A program made the position numbers and the translations under genes. A stretch of DNA of 64,000 nt from Octopus bimaculoides (Eukaryota), in the NCBI RefSeq assembly GCF_001194135.2, contig NC_068994.1:22194834-22258833 (forward strand). The letters run 5' to 3'. This document shows positions 48,943 through 62,656 of this stretch, in pieces (the first letter of the stretch is position 1; every line of letters begins with the position of its first letter). The notes beneath the pieces are model-generated. The model worked only from the letters and a program-made list of their open reading frames with translations. It did no database searches and was not told the DNA's origin.

Positions 48943-49669
48943 TGTAGTGAAACTACCTATCGCCATTATATACAAACAAACTATCTTCTCACTATTATAT
49001 ATAAACANNNNNNNNNNNNNNNNNNNNNNNNNNNNNNNNNNNNNNNNNNNNNNNNNNNNNNNNNNNNNNNNNNNNNNNNNNNNNNNNNNNNNNNNNNNNN
49101 NNNNNNNNNNNNNNNNNNNNNNNNNNNNNNNNNNNNNNNNNNNNNNNNNNNNNNNNNNNNNNNNNNNNNNNNNNNNNNNNNNNNNNNNNNNNNNNNNNNN
49201 NNNNNNNNNNNNNNNNNNNNNNNNNNGGCACATCTCTCTTCGATTCTGTTTGTGCGGTTCACCTTCGCCACGATAAATAACAGACAAGAACCCAGCCTGC
49301 GACGAACAACTGTATACAAGAACCCGGCCCGGCATGGAAGCCCTAACATCACAACGAGTGATCGCTCTGCCACACACACGCCTCAACTTCTTACATACAG
49401 ACTCTTCCTATTGTGTACTCAACAAACCGGCAAATGCTCACACGTGTTACAGACTCTTTCTATCTGTTGTATCTCACGCATACACATACATGTATCACTT
49501 ACACACACTCTTTTCTTTATACGACGGCCTGTCTTTTATTATGTTTTCATTATGTCGCATTCACACTCACACACAGACATACATTTTAATGTCACAATAA
49601 ATATTTGTTATTCATCTCATACGGTTGTGTTTATCGTCTTCCTTTACTGGCATTTACGAATTCACTATG
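48943..49669 (+). mobile_element. Possible solo LTR (contains gap)
   Basis: Starts TGTAGTGAA, ends TTCACTA(TG), AATAAA at ~49595, embedded in (TA)n; no clear target duplication. Confidence 0.4.
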
Positions 49670-49801
49670 TTATCGTAGTATATATATATATCATCTTTGA
49701 TATAATTTTTGTGTTCGACCGTGTGACGCGTTTAAATAAAAGGAGCCCTGTTTTTTTCCATTCGTCACCATTTCTCCTTTTGGGTTCGCACGGTCGTTCT
49801 T

Positions 49802-49832
<31 letters not shown>

Positions 49833-49838
49833 CACATT

Positions 49839-49945
<107 letters not shown>

Positions 49946-49969
49946 ATATATTTATATATATATATATAT

Positions 49970-52900
49970 GCCTTGGAAACAACATCTACACCAAATTTTA
50001 ATGTGGTACTTAATGCTGATAAAAGGCCATCAGGAGAACATGCAGGTCGCTATAATGCGCCCACATGCAATGAAGTTGCTGTAGTTCTCCATAGTGACCG
50101 GCATAAGAAAAGAGGCATTCTTCTCAAGCGTCGTGGCAACACCCTACAACAGATCAGTGAAACACACAGATACTACGATGCGCTCCAATATCCACTACTC
50201 TTTGTGAATAGTGAAGATGGATACCATTTCAGCATTCCACAACATAATACAAACAAACCTGAAGAGTACACCAAGAAAACAGTCATGACCCGAGTCAACT
50301 ACTTTAATCACCTCAAACATTCACAACTCTATCATCAATTGCAGTTGATATGGCTGCAAAACAGAAGCAGCTGCGTTCTGACAATTACATTCATCTTCGA
50401 GATGGCATCAACAATGATGTGGCTCCCGGAAGCCAAGGGCAAGTCTGCATCCTGTCATCAACTTTCATGAGAGGACCCGGGATGCTATGACATATGTGCA
50501 GCATTATGGCAGGCCTGACCTACTTATAACTTTCACTTGCAATCCAAAGTGGAAAGAGATCGAGAATGAGCTCATCCCAGGTCAAAAGGCCAAAGACAGA
50601 CACGACCTCCTGGCCAAAATCTTTCACCTGAAGTTACTTACACTCATGGACCTCATCATGACAGGACAGGTATTCGGACCTGTAAAATGTGACATGTACA
50701 CAATTGAATGGCAAAAAGAGGCTTTCTACATGCTCACATTCTGCTTTGGCAATCAACAAAGATCAATTTCAAAGGCATTGACAAGATAATCTCTGCAGAG
50801 CTTCCAGATTCATCTACTGACAAGGAATTGCATGTGATTGTGAAAGCAAACATAGTGCATGGTCCGTGCAGGCGTGGGTTCAACATAAACTTACCATGTT
50901 TGAAACAATGTGTGTACCAAAAAGTTTCCCATGTAGTTTCTTCAAGAAACCCAGACTGGTGACGATCGATATCCATCATACAGACGAAGAAAACCAGAAG
51001 ATGAAGGATTTACAGCAAAGATCGGTCGACATGAGGTTAACAACAGACGAATAATCCTGTACTGTCTATTCCTATTAAAGACATTCAACGCCCATATCAA
51101 TGTTGAATTCTGCCACTCTGTGAAGTCCATCAAGTACGTATGTAAATATATAAACAAGGGTTCAGATGCTGCCATATTTGGCCTTTAAGAAGAAAACAAC
51201 CGAGATGAGGTAACACAATACGAAGTTGGATGGTACATCAGTAGCAACGAGGCCCTCTGGCACATTTTCGGCATTCCACAACCCTGCCATTCAACAGTTT
51301 GCAGTGCACCTCGAAAACGGTCAAAGAGTGTATTTCACCGATGTTAATGCTGCTCAATTGACATAGAAACCAAAGGACACCAACCTCACTGTATTTTTCA
51401 AAATTTTCCAAGTAGATTCATTTGATCAAACCTTGCTGTATCCCCAGGTACCATCCTACTACACCTGGAAAAAAAAGGACATGGACACGAAGAAAGGCAG
51501 GTCAAGATGTTGATGGACTGCCTGGCATAAAGTTTGACAATTGCCTGGGGACAGTTTACACAGTGCATCCCAGCCAACATGAGTGTTTCTATTTCCGTCT
51601 ACTACTGCATGAGGTCAGAGAACCAACGTGTTTCCAAAACCTAAAACTGTTGATGGACAAGTTTGTGCTACATATAGGGAAGCCTGCTTTAAACATGGAC
51701 CGCTAGAAGATGGTTCATTGTGGGATGCAACTTTGGCTGAGGCTGCTGTATCACAATCACCTAGAAGTCTCAGGGCATTATTTGCAGTATTATAGCAAAC
51801 ATGTGAACTGTGTGATCCTGCTTGTTAGTGGTTCGTGTACAGAGATGACCTTCTGAAGATTTGAAACAATTGCAGTTTCCTGTTATGGAAGTAGTTTCAG
51901 CTATAAAGTAGAGCATTAATTGACATAGAAAACAAGATTATTTTAATGGGTGGAAATACTTTGCCCACATATGGCCTTCCCCAAACCTACTGGACTGGGT
52001 CAAACACTTTTCCCATAGATACCCTACAAGAAACATCCTATGACATTGATGCTCTTGCCAGACATGTCATTGAAACTGAGCCAAAACTACTTCCGGACCA
52101 GCAATGCGCTTACAACACTATTGTTGACTGTGTGCGTCACCGAAAAGGAGGCATCTTTTTTCTGGATGCACCTGCTGAGACAGGAAAAACATTTGTGACA
52201 AAACTTCTCCTTGCTCAAGTTAGGCAGCACAAGGACATCGCGTTAGCTGTGGCATCCTCTGGGATTGCTGCAACTTTGCTACCTGGTGACAAGACGACAC
52301 ACGCAACCTTTAAGCTTCCTCTGAATTTGTCAACATTTGACACACCTACTTGCAATATCAGCAAAAACTGAGACAAGGACAAGTGCTAAGAAAGTGCCAG
52401 TTCATTGTGTGGGATGAATACACCTTGGCACACAAAATAGCTCTTGAAGCACTTAATAAAACCTTACAAGACATCATAAACTGTCAGGATCCAAAGGGAG
52501 GTGTTACACTCCTGTTTACTGGGGATTTCGGGCAGACTCTTCCAGTTATTCTCAAAGGAACCAGGGTAGATGAAGTCCGAGTATGTCTTAAGTCCTCTCC
52601 ATTGTGGCACCAGGTCACAACATTTACTCTTAACACCAACATGAGAACTGAACTGTACGGCGACCAACTGTTAGCAAAATTTGCTAAGGACATTTTGATA
52701 CTTGGAGATGGCAAGATGCCTCTCGATGTAGGCGGAGAAATGCCAGTCAGCCCACTTTGCACCATTGTTAATACTGTTGATGATCATAAAGCTCCACTGT
52801 TTCCCAATCTGAAGGAAAATTATCACAATCTCGATTGGCTGTGTGAAAGAGCAAACTGGCTTCAAAAATCAGCACTGTCACTAAAATTAATGAACAGCTG

Positions 52901-53100
52901 CTGCAGTGCCTTCCTGGAAGTCCTCACATTTATAAGTCAGTTGATGCAATCCCAGATACAGAAGAAGTGGTATATTATCCAACAAAATTTCTCAATTGAT
53001 TGGAGCCTCCAGGACTACCCTCAGACTGGAACTTAAAGTGGGAACTCCAGTAATGTTATTGAGGAATTTGGATCCACCAACACTCTGCAATGGAACACGC
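49970..53100 (+). mobile_element. Helitron Rep-helicase pseudogene (truncated both ends)
   Basis: YDALQYPLLF, PDLLITFTCNPKW, IEWQKRGFLHAHILLW (HUH), VHGPC, YVCKYINKG; PIF1-like FLDAPAETGKTF, IVWDE, GDFGQTLPVI, LLRNLDPPTLCNGTR; many frameshifts. Confidence 0.95.
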
Positions 53101-55227
53101 TACAGAGACCAAATTGGACAGTCTGCAAACCTTCTCGCCTCTCCTGAATGGCTATGAGAAAATCATGTCTCTTGGCCAGACCGGAGGACGAGGGGATGAA
53201 GTGGTACTGATCCGTAAAGACTTGGCTCTGCAGACAAGTACAGTCTGTGTGGACCCTGAAGGTGGGCTGGTCGTCCTTGATCGGGATCTATGCACCCTGT
53301 GCTAGAAGATTACAAACTGATTTTTATCGGCGCCTGGAGAATTTTCTCGCGACGGCAAGGACATTAGTGGTGTTAAGAGACTTTAACGCTATCGTTCACG
53401 CACGCATCGATTGTGTTGGCTCGACAGGTAGAAAAGTAAACTCACGTCTCGTGGATCTGCTTAAGCGTTTTCAGCTGGCAGACCATTACAGGCTTGACCA
53501 TACGAGCGTCCCAGAGTGGACCTGGATTGGTGGCAACGGAAGGCTCAAGTGTTACTTAGGCAGGATAGGGATAAGAACTAGAGATAAGGCTAGTTTTAGC
53601 TGTCCACAGCTTGTTCAGGCGTCCTACACTGACCATACAATGGTTTAAGCGAGGATCTGGCTACTGGAAGCTGAACAAGTCTATTTTGGGGGGAGGACAC
53701 TGGTACATTTAGACCAGTCTAAAGCATTCGATAGGGTCGGCCATCGGTACTTGGCGGCGGTCCTCGAGAAGGCTGGCCTGGACCCGACCTTCCGCGGTTG
53801 GATTGCTGCTTTGTACAGCGACATCGAGTCTGTCGTAAAAGTGAATGGTTTCTTCTCGAAACCATTCAGGATCGAATGCTCAGTGCGCCAGGGATGTCTC
53901 CTGTCCCCGCTTCTGTATGTGTTGGCTCTTGAGCTATTGCTGCGGAAATTGGAGGCACTAGGGGGCGCGTCGAATGATCTGTGGTGTGGAAGAGGAGCTA
54001 CGGCGTATGCAGATGATATCTCCATCATCGTGGCGGATGAGGGCCAGCTTCCAGTGNNNNNNNNNNNNNNNNNNNNNNNNNNNNNNNNNNNNNNNNNNNN
54101 NNNNNNNNNNNNNNNNNNNNNNNNNNNNNNNNNNNNNNNNNNNNNNNNNNNNNNNNNNNNNNNNNNNNNNNNNNNNNNNNNNNNNNNNNNNNNNNNNNNN
54201 NNNNNNNNNNNNNNNNNNNNNNNNNNNNNNCGGTTTGCAACTCGGCACATGGAGGGGCAAGCCGATAACGTCCAATAACGTCGTCGGGCGTTGGACATAA
54301 GGTCCTGTTAAGCTGCTTGGAGTCTGGTTTGGTTCAGACCTCCAGACAGAGAAAAATTGGAGTGAGGTAACCAGCAAGGTGACTGCTCTAACCCAGACCT
54401 GGTCTGGGCGGGCGTTATCCTTGCTAGGGAAGGCGGAGGTGGTGCAGATGTTTATAGCATCAGTTATCACTTACCGTCTGACTGTGATACCTTGCCCCGA
54501 TTTGCGGCTGAACAAATTGGAGAGAATCCTTCTCCGCTTTTTGTGGAAGGGAGGAAAGCCGCTTGTGAAGCGCTCTGCCTGCTGCCAGAAACCGCTAAAG
54601 GGTGGACTAGAGATGCCTTGGCTGAAGATGCGAAAACTCGCGTGAAGGTTGAGGCACCTCTGGCTTTACTTGGATGAGGAGCAGGTGTGGTCACCACACG
54701 TCCGTTTCTACCTTCCGCATTTAACGTCCTTAACGGACATTGGAGCATGGATCAAGCAGAGCCCTAGGCTGGGAGACCGGCAATTGGAGTGCCGTCAGGC
54801 ACCTTAGCTACTCTCTTGAACGGGCAATGCCGGCAGCAGGAATACAACCGCAGATTTTTATAGCGGGTTAGTGGACTTTATGTCCGAAGACGCCTTGGGG
54901 AAGACCCTGAGCTACGATGAAAATCAGTTGATCAACCTGTTCAGGAGAACGTTCGGGCCGGGGTATCTGGATAATTACCAGAAATCCTTGGTTTGGCAGT
55001 ACTTTCGTGCGGCGTTACTTGTTCGAGACAAACTGTCAAGGCACGGAAGTGCCGTCTCGCCGACATGTCTGAGGTGCGGTCAGGACAGGGAAACCGTCTT
55101 GCACGCATTTGTGGAGTGTCCAGAATTGAAGGGACTGATAGTTTTTGTAGAACAACTGTTGTCATCGATGGGAAGAGTACAGCTATCGGCTGAGTTTATC
55201 ATCGAGATTGTGCCGCCTCCCTCCCTT
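53100..55227 (+). mobile_element. Tx1/L1-like LINE ORF2 (APE, then RT motif 3 onward; linker deleted)
   Basis: ETKLD, IGIYAP, DFNAIV, SYTDH and GYWKLNKSIL joined directly to LVHLDQSKAFDRV; SVRQGCLLSPLLY, AYADDISI; CLRCGQDRETVLHAF. Confidence 0.92.
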
Positions 55228-57016
55228 NNNNNNNNNNNNNNNNNNNNNNNNNNNNNNNNNNNNNNNNNNNNNNNNNNNNNNNNNNNNNNNNNNNNNNNNN
55301 NNNNNNNNNNNNNNNNNNNNNNNNNNNNNNNNNNNNNNNNNNNNNNNNNNNNNNNNNNNNNNNNNNNNNNNNNNNNNNNNNNNNNNNNNNNNNNNNNNNN
55401 NNNNNNNNNNNNNNNNNNNNNNNNNNNNNNNNNNNNNNNNNNNNNNNNNNNNNNNNNNNNNNNNNNNNNNNNNNNNNNNNNNNNNNNNNNNNNNNNNNNN
55501 NNNNNNNNNNNNNNNNNNNNNNNNNNNNNNNNNNNNNNNNNNNNNNNNNNNNNNNNNNNNNNNNNNNNNNNNNNNNNNNNNNNNNNNNNNNNNNNNNNNN
55601 NNNNNNNNNNNNNNNNNNNNNNNNNNNNNNNNNNNNNNNNNNNNNNNNNNNNNNNNNNNNNNNNNNNNNNNNNNNNNNNNNNNNNNNNNNNNNNNNNNNN
55701 NNNNNNNNNNNNNNNNNNNNNNNNNNNNNNNNNNNNNNNNNNNNNNNNNNNNNNNNNNNNNNNNNNNNNNNNNNNNNNNNNNNNNNNNNNNNNNNNNNNN
55801 NNNNNNNNNNNNNNNNTATATATATATATATATATATATTAGCTAGTTAGTTAGTTATAGGATTCATTAGAATAATATAGGGTTCACAATGAGGGAAAAC
55901 AATCATGAAGGTATCGTGTTGGTAGGATACTTGTAGTTCTGTAATGTGTGTGTGTGTGTGTGCAAACAGGAAAAATAGAACACGAGTATATGTGTATATT
56001 TTATTAATATTTAGCAGAAGCAACAAAGTGACTCAAGGGCCTCCCTATTTTAATGGGTCATAAACAACGGCCGAAAATTATGAAAGTAAAACAGCATCAT
56101 AGCGCAGAGAAAGAATATACCAACAGGGTTTTGTACTGCAACAACGTTATTGACTACGCTTACATGCATGCATATCTATCTATCTATCTGTGTGTGTGTC
56201 TAAATGTATACACACACATAAATGTTTACTTTTATGTCAAGTTATATGTATAGACAATTTAACATTATTCAAGATTATTCAATACTTTTTTTGTAGAGTG
56301 CATGCCTTTTAAATTTTTGAAAAGAAAAGGTTAACAGTCACTTTACAGTTTCATCTTGCGCGCCTTCCTTAGACAGTCTGACGAAGCTTCGGAGTTACTG
56401 TCAACCCTTTCCTTGTAAAAGTTTACACACACAGAAAGTGTGGCTGTACAAATTTAAATAGTTTATTTAGTTTATTGTGGTATGTAGAGTGAGGTACCAC
56501 ATCTTGTTCTAATATAGACCACTCGACTTCTCTGTCTTGATGTATATTACACATAATTACCATTATTTTACGGAGATGTACTTGCATAATGGTAGCTGAA
56601 GCCGGTCTATATTTCGGGAGGGGATTTGACACCGATAGTCCGGAGCAGTCGCTTACGGATGGCAATTTGGAAGTCTTAGCTGTGAAAGCCAGAGAAAAAG
56701 ATATATGCATATACTTACATATATATGTAATAAACAGATACCTCGGGTTCGTATAAGCCATTGTGTATTTCTTCCACTTCTATTTCCATCTTTGATCACA
56801 TTCTACTCGTCTATGTGTCTTAAATGTTTCATGTGTCAATTGAGAGTGAGTGATACATACCTAATTGCCAACATGGACGAGTCGTTAGTTAATGGGCTTC
56901 TGCTCGCCCCTCTTTGACGTGGAAGAGAGGGGAGATGTGAAAAACCAATTCTTCCATTAGTATCAGTTCCCTACATTACCTTTTCATCATCTGATATTAT
57001 CTGTTCATATAAACCG

Positions 57017-57099
<83 letters not shown>

Positions 57100-57904
57100 T
57101 AACATTAATACAGTCTCAACGGTGAAACAAAGGACTTGGGAAAAGGGAACAGGAGGAAAGAATCGACTAGAATGGATCTAATAAACTTCTAAGTGCTTTT
57201 AGATTCTTTCTGTACAGTTTTCTTTTTCTATTTCTATGTGAACGTATAAGAAAGCACATGCACACAAAAATAAACACGCTTGTATATGTAGATGTAATGC
57301 ACGAATATATGTATCTGAACACATAATGCACAAATATATAAATAGTACAGAAATATATATGAGTACACATAATGCATATTATTATATATAAATGAATATT
57401 CGTAATGCAAATGTGCGTGCAAGTATGCATATTTACATATATGTGGAATAATGTGAATGCATACATGTGTGTGTGTATGTATATATATTTATATATATAA
57501 AATGTAGGTATCTATATGTGTGTAGGTATCTGTGTGTGTATATTTATATATAGTATGTATATATGGATATCTGTGTATATGTGTAAAGATGGATATGCAC
57601 ACACATATATACATACACATGTATGTCTATGTACATGTGTGTGTGTGTGTGCATATGTTATCTCTGCCCACCTCACTAACCATCTGTTATCCTCTCTTCA
57701 CATTCTTATAAATCTACACACCCTCCCCATAGCCCTGATCCACTGACCATATCCTCTCTTATGCTCACCTACCTTGTGAATTTGCCCTTGTACACCATCA
57801 CTACCACCATCTTTATCTTCATCTTTCCAATTACTGCTACTTACCCTTGTAGTTTGGTGTAGTCATTTATCTCTTCTATAGCAAGACACCTGTTTCATTT
57901 CTTT

Positions 57905-58165
57905 TGTCATACTCAAAGCCCCCTCCTTCAATACTGCTCCCCCACTCAGTTGAGGGGGTCTTGTCTTGCAAGTTACTTGGTGATCTCGCTGGTGCTGGTG
58001 TCATGTAAAAAGCATCCAATACACTCTGTAAAGCAGTTGGTATTAGGAAAGACATGGAGCTATAGAAACTATGCCAAAGCATAAAGTAGAGCTTAGCCCA
58101 GTCTTCTGGATTGCCACCCAACTGATGCCAGCATGGAAAATGGACATTAAGTGATGACGATGATG
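57905..58165 (+). mobile_element. Element with RTE-type 3' tail (non-autonomous or truncated)
   Basis: GTAAAAAGCATCC..ACACTCTG..TAGGAAAG..CCAGCATGGAAAATGGACATTAAG(TGA)n tail. Confidence 0.6.
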
Positions 58166-58184
58166 TTATCTATATACATTCGTT

Positions 58185-58395
58185 TTTCATTTATTTACTT
58201 GTTTCAGTCATTTGACTGTGGCCACGCTGGAGCGCTGCCTTTAGTCGAACAAATTGACCCCAGGACTTATTCTTTGTAAGCCTAGTACTTATTCTATTGG
58301 TCTCTTGTCGAACTGCTAAGTTACGGGGATGCAAACACACCATCAATTGCTAAGCAATTGTGTGGGGGCAAGCACAGACACACATACAAATACAT

Positions 58396-58450
<55 letters not shown>

Positions 58451-59200
58451 CAATACAAGGAGATATTGCAGTGATATATTAATATATTAAGGTATATTAA
58501 GCACATAGTATGTGTGGCTAGCAATTAAAAACCAAAAAGGAATTAATGAATAAAGGGTGCAAAATAGCACCAGTGATTGCTAAAAATAAAAGTCAAAAAA
58601 GACACTAACCTCAATTACTTTTACAGGGAGCAGGCACAGCAAACTAAAACGATCTTAGTAAATAGTAAATGAGAATAGGAAACCATTGATAAGCTGCATC
58701 AGTTGGATGGTTTGACAAGCTGGCAATCCAGGAGACTGGGCTAAGCTCTACTGTATGCTTTGGCATGGTTTCTACAGCTCCATGCCTTTCCTATTATAAA
58801 GCAAACTGTCTATTTAGATCTGAGAAGTTGGTAGATGCTTCTGAAGAGAAGCGAAACCTTATTGGTTAGATTTCGAAATCACATGGTAAAGCATTATCCA
58901 ACTATTTCTTTTGTGAGTCCGTCTCACAAGGGAAAGATCATTTTAGTTTGCTGTGCCCACTCCCCGAAAATGTAATTGAAGTTAGTATCTATTTGTGGCT
59001 CTCAGAACTAATTTTTTGACATATATATACATATATATATATATATATGGGCTTCTTTCAGTTTCTCTCTACCAAATCCACTCACCAAATCTACTATAGC
59101 CCGAGGCTATAGTAGAAGGCACTTGCCCAAGGTACCATGCAGTGGGACTGAACCCGGAACCATGTGGTTGGAAAGCAAGCTTCTTACCACACAGCCACGC
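58185..59200 (-). mobile_element. SINE family A split at its (TA)n tract by a ~580-bp inverted-repeat element
   Basis: The 3' body (58185-58400) and 5' head (59040-59200) flank an insert bounded by (TA)n. Confidence 0.75.
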
Positions 59201-59748
59201 TACACCTGTGTGTGTGTGTGTGTGCGTGTGTGTGTGTGTGTGTGCGTGCGTGCGTGCGTGTGTGTTTATATGTGCTTGCTTCCTTCCCTCATGCACTTGC
59301 TGGCTGAGGCTGGGGTTATCCAAGGTTAGTGGCCCCAGAGATCACCATGCATAGAGCCAAACCAGATCCACCAGCAGAAGCTCATTAACTAATGACTCGC
59401 TGGTGGTCCTGTGCCAGCCCCTCTGCATCCTCCAAGGTAGCATTNNNNNNNNNNNNNNNNNNNNNNNNNNNNNNNNNNNNNNNNNNNNNNNNNNNNNNNN
59501 NNNNNNNNNNNNNNNNNNNNNNNNNNNNNNNNNNNNNNNNNNNNNNNNNNNNNNNNNNNNNNNNNNNNNNNNNNNNNNNNNNNNNNNNNNNNNNNNNNNN
59601 NNNNNNNNNNNNNNNNNNNNNNNNNNNNNNNNNNNNNNNNNNNNNNNNNNNNNNNNNNNNNNNNNNNNNNNNNNNNNNNNNNNNNNNNNNNNNNNNNNNN
59701 NNNNNNNNNCTTCTAGCCCACAGCTGCTTCATCCAATGTCTATATGTA

Positions 59749-60989
59749 TTAGGTCATCCCATAAATAATGTGTTTTTTTTTTACACTTCTTTTATTTTTC
59801 AAAATTAAGATAAACAATGTTCTTTTTTAATCTAAAATATACTCTCCTTCATTTTCTATTATGCTCTTCCATCTATCTGGTAGACTCGCAAGGCCTCTCT
59901 TCCAAAATTCTCTTGTCTGTGATGAATAATACTCCTCCAATAGTGTTCTAACCTCGTCTACAGAATTCATATTTTTTCTGTCCAAATGATTTTGAAGACT
60001 GTGGAATAAATAATAATCAGATGGGGCAATGTCTGGTAAATATGGTGGGTGGGGCATCATTTCCCATTTGAACTGCTCAGCCTCTGGAATGTCATCCTCG
60101 CTGTATGTGGCCAAGCATTATCCTGATGGAAGAACACCTTTTGTTTTGAAACCAAACATGGTTGTTTTTCTTCTCGTGCTGACCTAAGCCACTCAAGCTG
60201 CTTGCAGTAGATCTCTTTTGTTATTGTTTGGTTTGGGTTTAAACGTTCAAAGTGGACTAAACCTTTCATATCCCACCAGACAGATAGCAACACCTTATGT
60301 GGGGGAAGACCTTCTTTAGCTTGGGGTGCCGGTGTTTTTCCTTTCCCTACCCACTGTCTTTGGCGTTTGACATTTTTATAGACAACCCATTTCTTGTTAC
60401 CAGTCACTATTTGGTCCAAAAAAGGTTCATTTGTGAAACATGACTGCAAAGAAGAGCACACATTCACGCTCTGCACACGATTAGACTCCGAAAGTTAAAG
60501 AGAAACCCATTGATCAAATTTGCTGACTTTTCCAATGGCACGCAGATGTCAAAGAATGGTTGAGTGACCGAGTCCAAGCTTCTCAGCTAGTCCTCAACAG
60601 GGTTTGCAGGACGTCCTCGTCAAGCTCTACAGATCTTCCAGGATGAGGCTTGTCTTCTAGGCTGTAGTTTCCAGCTCAGAATTTCTGGAACCACCATTGA
60701 CACTGGCTCATGCTTATTGTTTGATCCCCATATAATGCATTAATATTCCTCACACTTTCCATTATGTTGTTGCCTTTATTGAACTCACAAAGCAAAATAT
60801 GCTGAATATGCTCCTTTGTCACTTCCATTATAGCTTTGAAAAAATAACTATTAAAATCGAACTGCACTCTTCAAAACTTGCACTAGGAATAAAGTGCTAC
60901 CTACTTTTATAGCAAGTTGATGCAGGTAGTTTATCCTGACTTTTAGTTCATGCAATTGAAAAAATTGCATTATTTATGGGATGACCCAA
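59749..60989 (-). mobile_element. Full-length mariner (DD34D-type) transposon, transposase frameshifted
   Basis: 22-bp TIRs TTAGGTCATCCCATAAATAATG / TTGGGTCATCCCATAAATAATG with TA duplications; HQDNAWPH and HPPYLPDIAPSDYYLF motifs. Confidence 0.95.
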
Positions 60990-61005
60990 TATATATGTTT
61001 ATATG

Positions 61006-62094
61006 TTAGGGTTGGCTGAAAAGTTCATAGTTTGCCCAAGATACTCTCATAGAATGTGATCAAATGAGGTTTATTTTTCAACATAGTCCCCCTCACAGTC
61101 CACACACTTCTGTCTACCTTTGGTGTTGCAGTGCTTGATCCCGTTGGTGAAGAAGCTTTCATCCTGCTGGTCAAAAAAGTCATCAACAGCAGATATGACA
61201 TCATCATCATCATCACTGTGATCCCACCCAATTGTTTTTTCATGTGGGGAACAGCTGATAGTTAGATGGGGGCCAAATCAGGAGAATAGGGAGTGTGATC
61301 AGCCAGTTCAAAACCACATTCATGCACAACAGCCATTAAAGCCAAGGACTTGTGTCCTGAAGCATTGTCTTGATGAAATAAGACCCCTTTCATCAGTTTT
61401 CTTGAGCATTTGGTCTTAATAGCAGTTTTTAACTGTCTCAGTAAGTTGACATACTGCTCTCCACTGATAATGTGGCCCTTTTGAAAACAGTCAATAAACA
61501 CCATGCCTTTTGCATCCAAAAACTGAGGTCATCACTTTCTCTGCATATAAAACAACCTTGGCCTTTGGAGAAAGGGAGGAAGGATGCTTCCAGTGCATGG
61601 ATTGTTTCTTTGTCTCTGACTCAAAGTGGTGAACCCAACATTCATCCTGGGTTAAGAAATATTCAAAGAAACCAGCTGGATCTGCCTGAAGCAATGTCAG
61701 ATTTTCTCCTTGATGTGATCAGCATGGTGTGGTTTTGATCTGATATCAGAAGACATGGCACCCATTGAGCAAAAACCTTTGTCATGCCAAGTTCTCAACT
61801 CTCTCACAGAATATACTAACAGCATTGGCTTTTTGATTTATTGTCATTTGCCTTGCCATCCATCATCATGTGGTAACCTGATCAATGTTTTCCTTGGTGG
61901 TGGCAGTTGCAGGAATCCAAACCATGGGTCGTCTTTAAGACTCTCTTTATTCCCTTCCTAAATTCAGCGGCCCACTTTTGCACTGTTGATAGAACTAGAG
62001 CATCATTCCCTAATGTAGCAACCATGTCAGAATGGAGGCTTAACCCTTTTTTCTGGAGCCACTTGATAACACCATGATGCCAAATTTTGTCCAT
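61006..62094 (-). mobile_element. Second mariner element, degraded, 5' TIR missing
   Basis: TQDECWVHHF, VLFHQDNASGH, HTPYSPDLAP and CVDCEGDYVEK*; TIR-like TTAGGGTTGGCTGAAAAGTT at 61006. Confidence 0.85.
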
Positions 62095-62099
62095 TTCCA

Positions 62100-62497
62100 A
62101 TTTGCATAAGAGACCAACAGTCTCTGTCTGAAAATTTTGGTTTTCTTCCGGAGTTTTGTTTCGATGAGGAGGTTTTTCCCTCTTTCTCAAAGGCTGTCAT
62201 TACTTTTGAGACAGTACTTCTTGATACACCAAACATTTCGGGTGTTTTCGTTTCGCTAGCGCCTGCCATACAAGCACCAACAATTTGACCTCTTTGAAAG
62301 TCCAACAGATCTGTCATTTTAATGAATTTTAATTAACTTTTTCTGATGATATCTGAAAAGAAACAGCAATTTTAACAAAACATGTTAAGGAACACTAATA
62401 ATAAATCAAAAAACATAAGAATAAACTTGCTTTGACAGTTTTATAGATATTCCAAAATTATGATGCTATGTGTTTCCATTATTTTGTCCAACCCCTG
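62100..62497 (-). mobile_element. Tc1-like element 5' fragment (TIR + paired-like HTH)
   Basis: TA|CAGGGGTTGGACAAAATAATGGAAAC end; MTDLLDFQRGQIVGACMAG..SGRKPK. Confidence 0.85.
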
Positions 62498-62656
62498 TAT
62501 ATAGAAATATATATATATATATATATATATANNNNNNNNNNAACATAAATGGGATATACCAATACTATATTTGCATACACATGCATAAACTAAGAATATG
62601 CAAAAGAAACTAATGAATTATAGTAACTAAGGAATTTATATTCAATTATAAATATT

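Noticed and set aside
62341-62370. CTGATGA...GAAA in the Tc1 5' region
   Set aside because: No stem pairing; chance match in AT-rich DNA.
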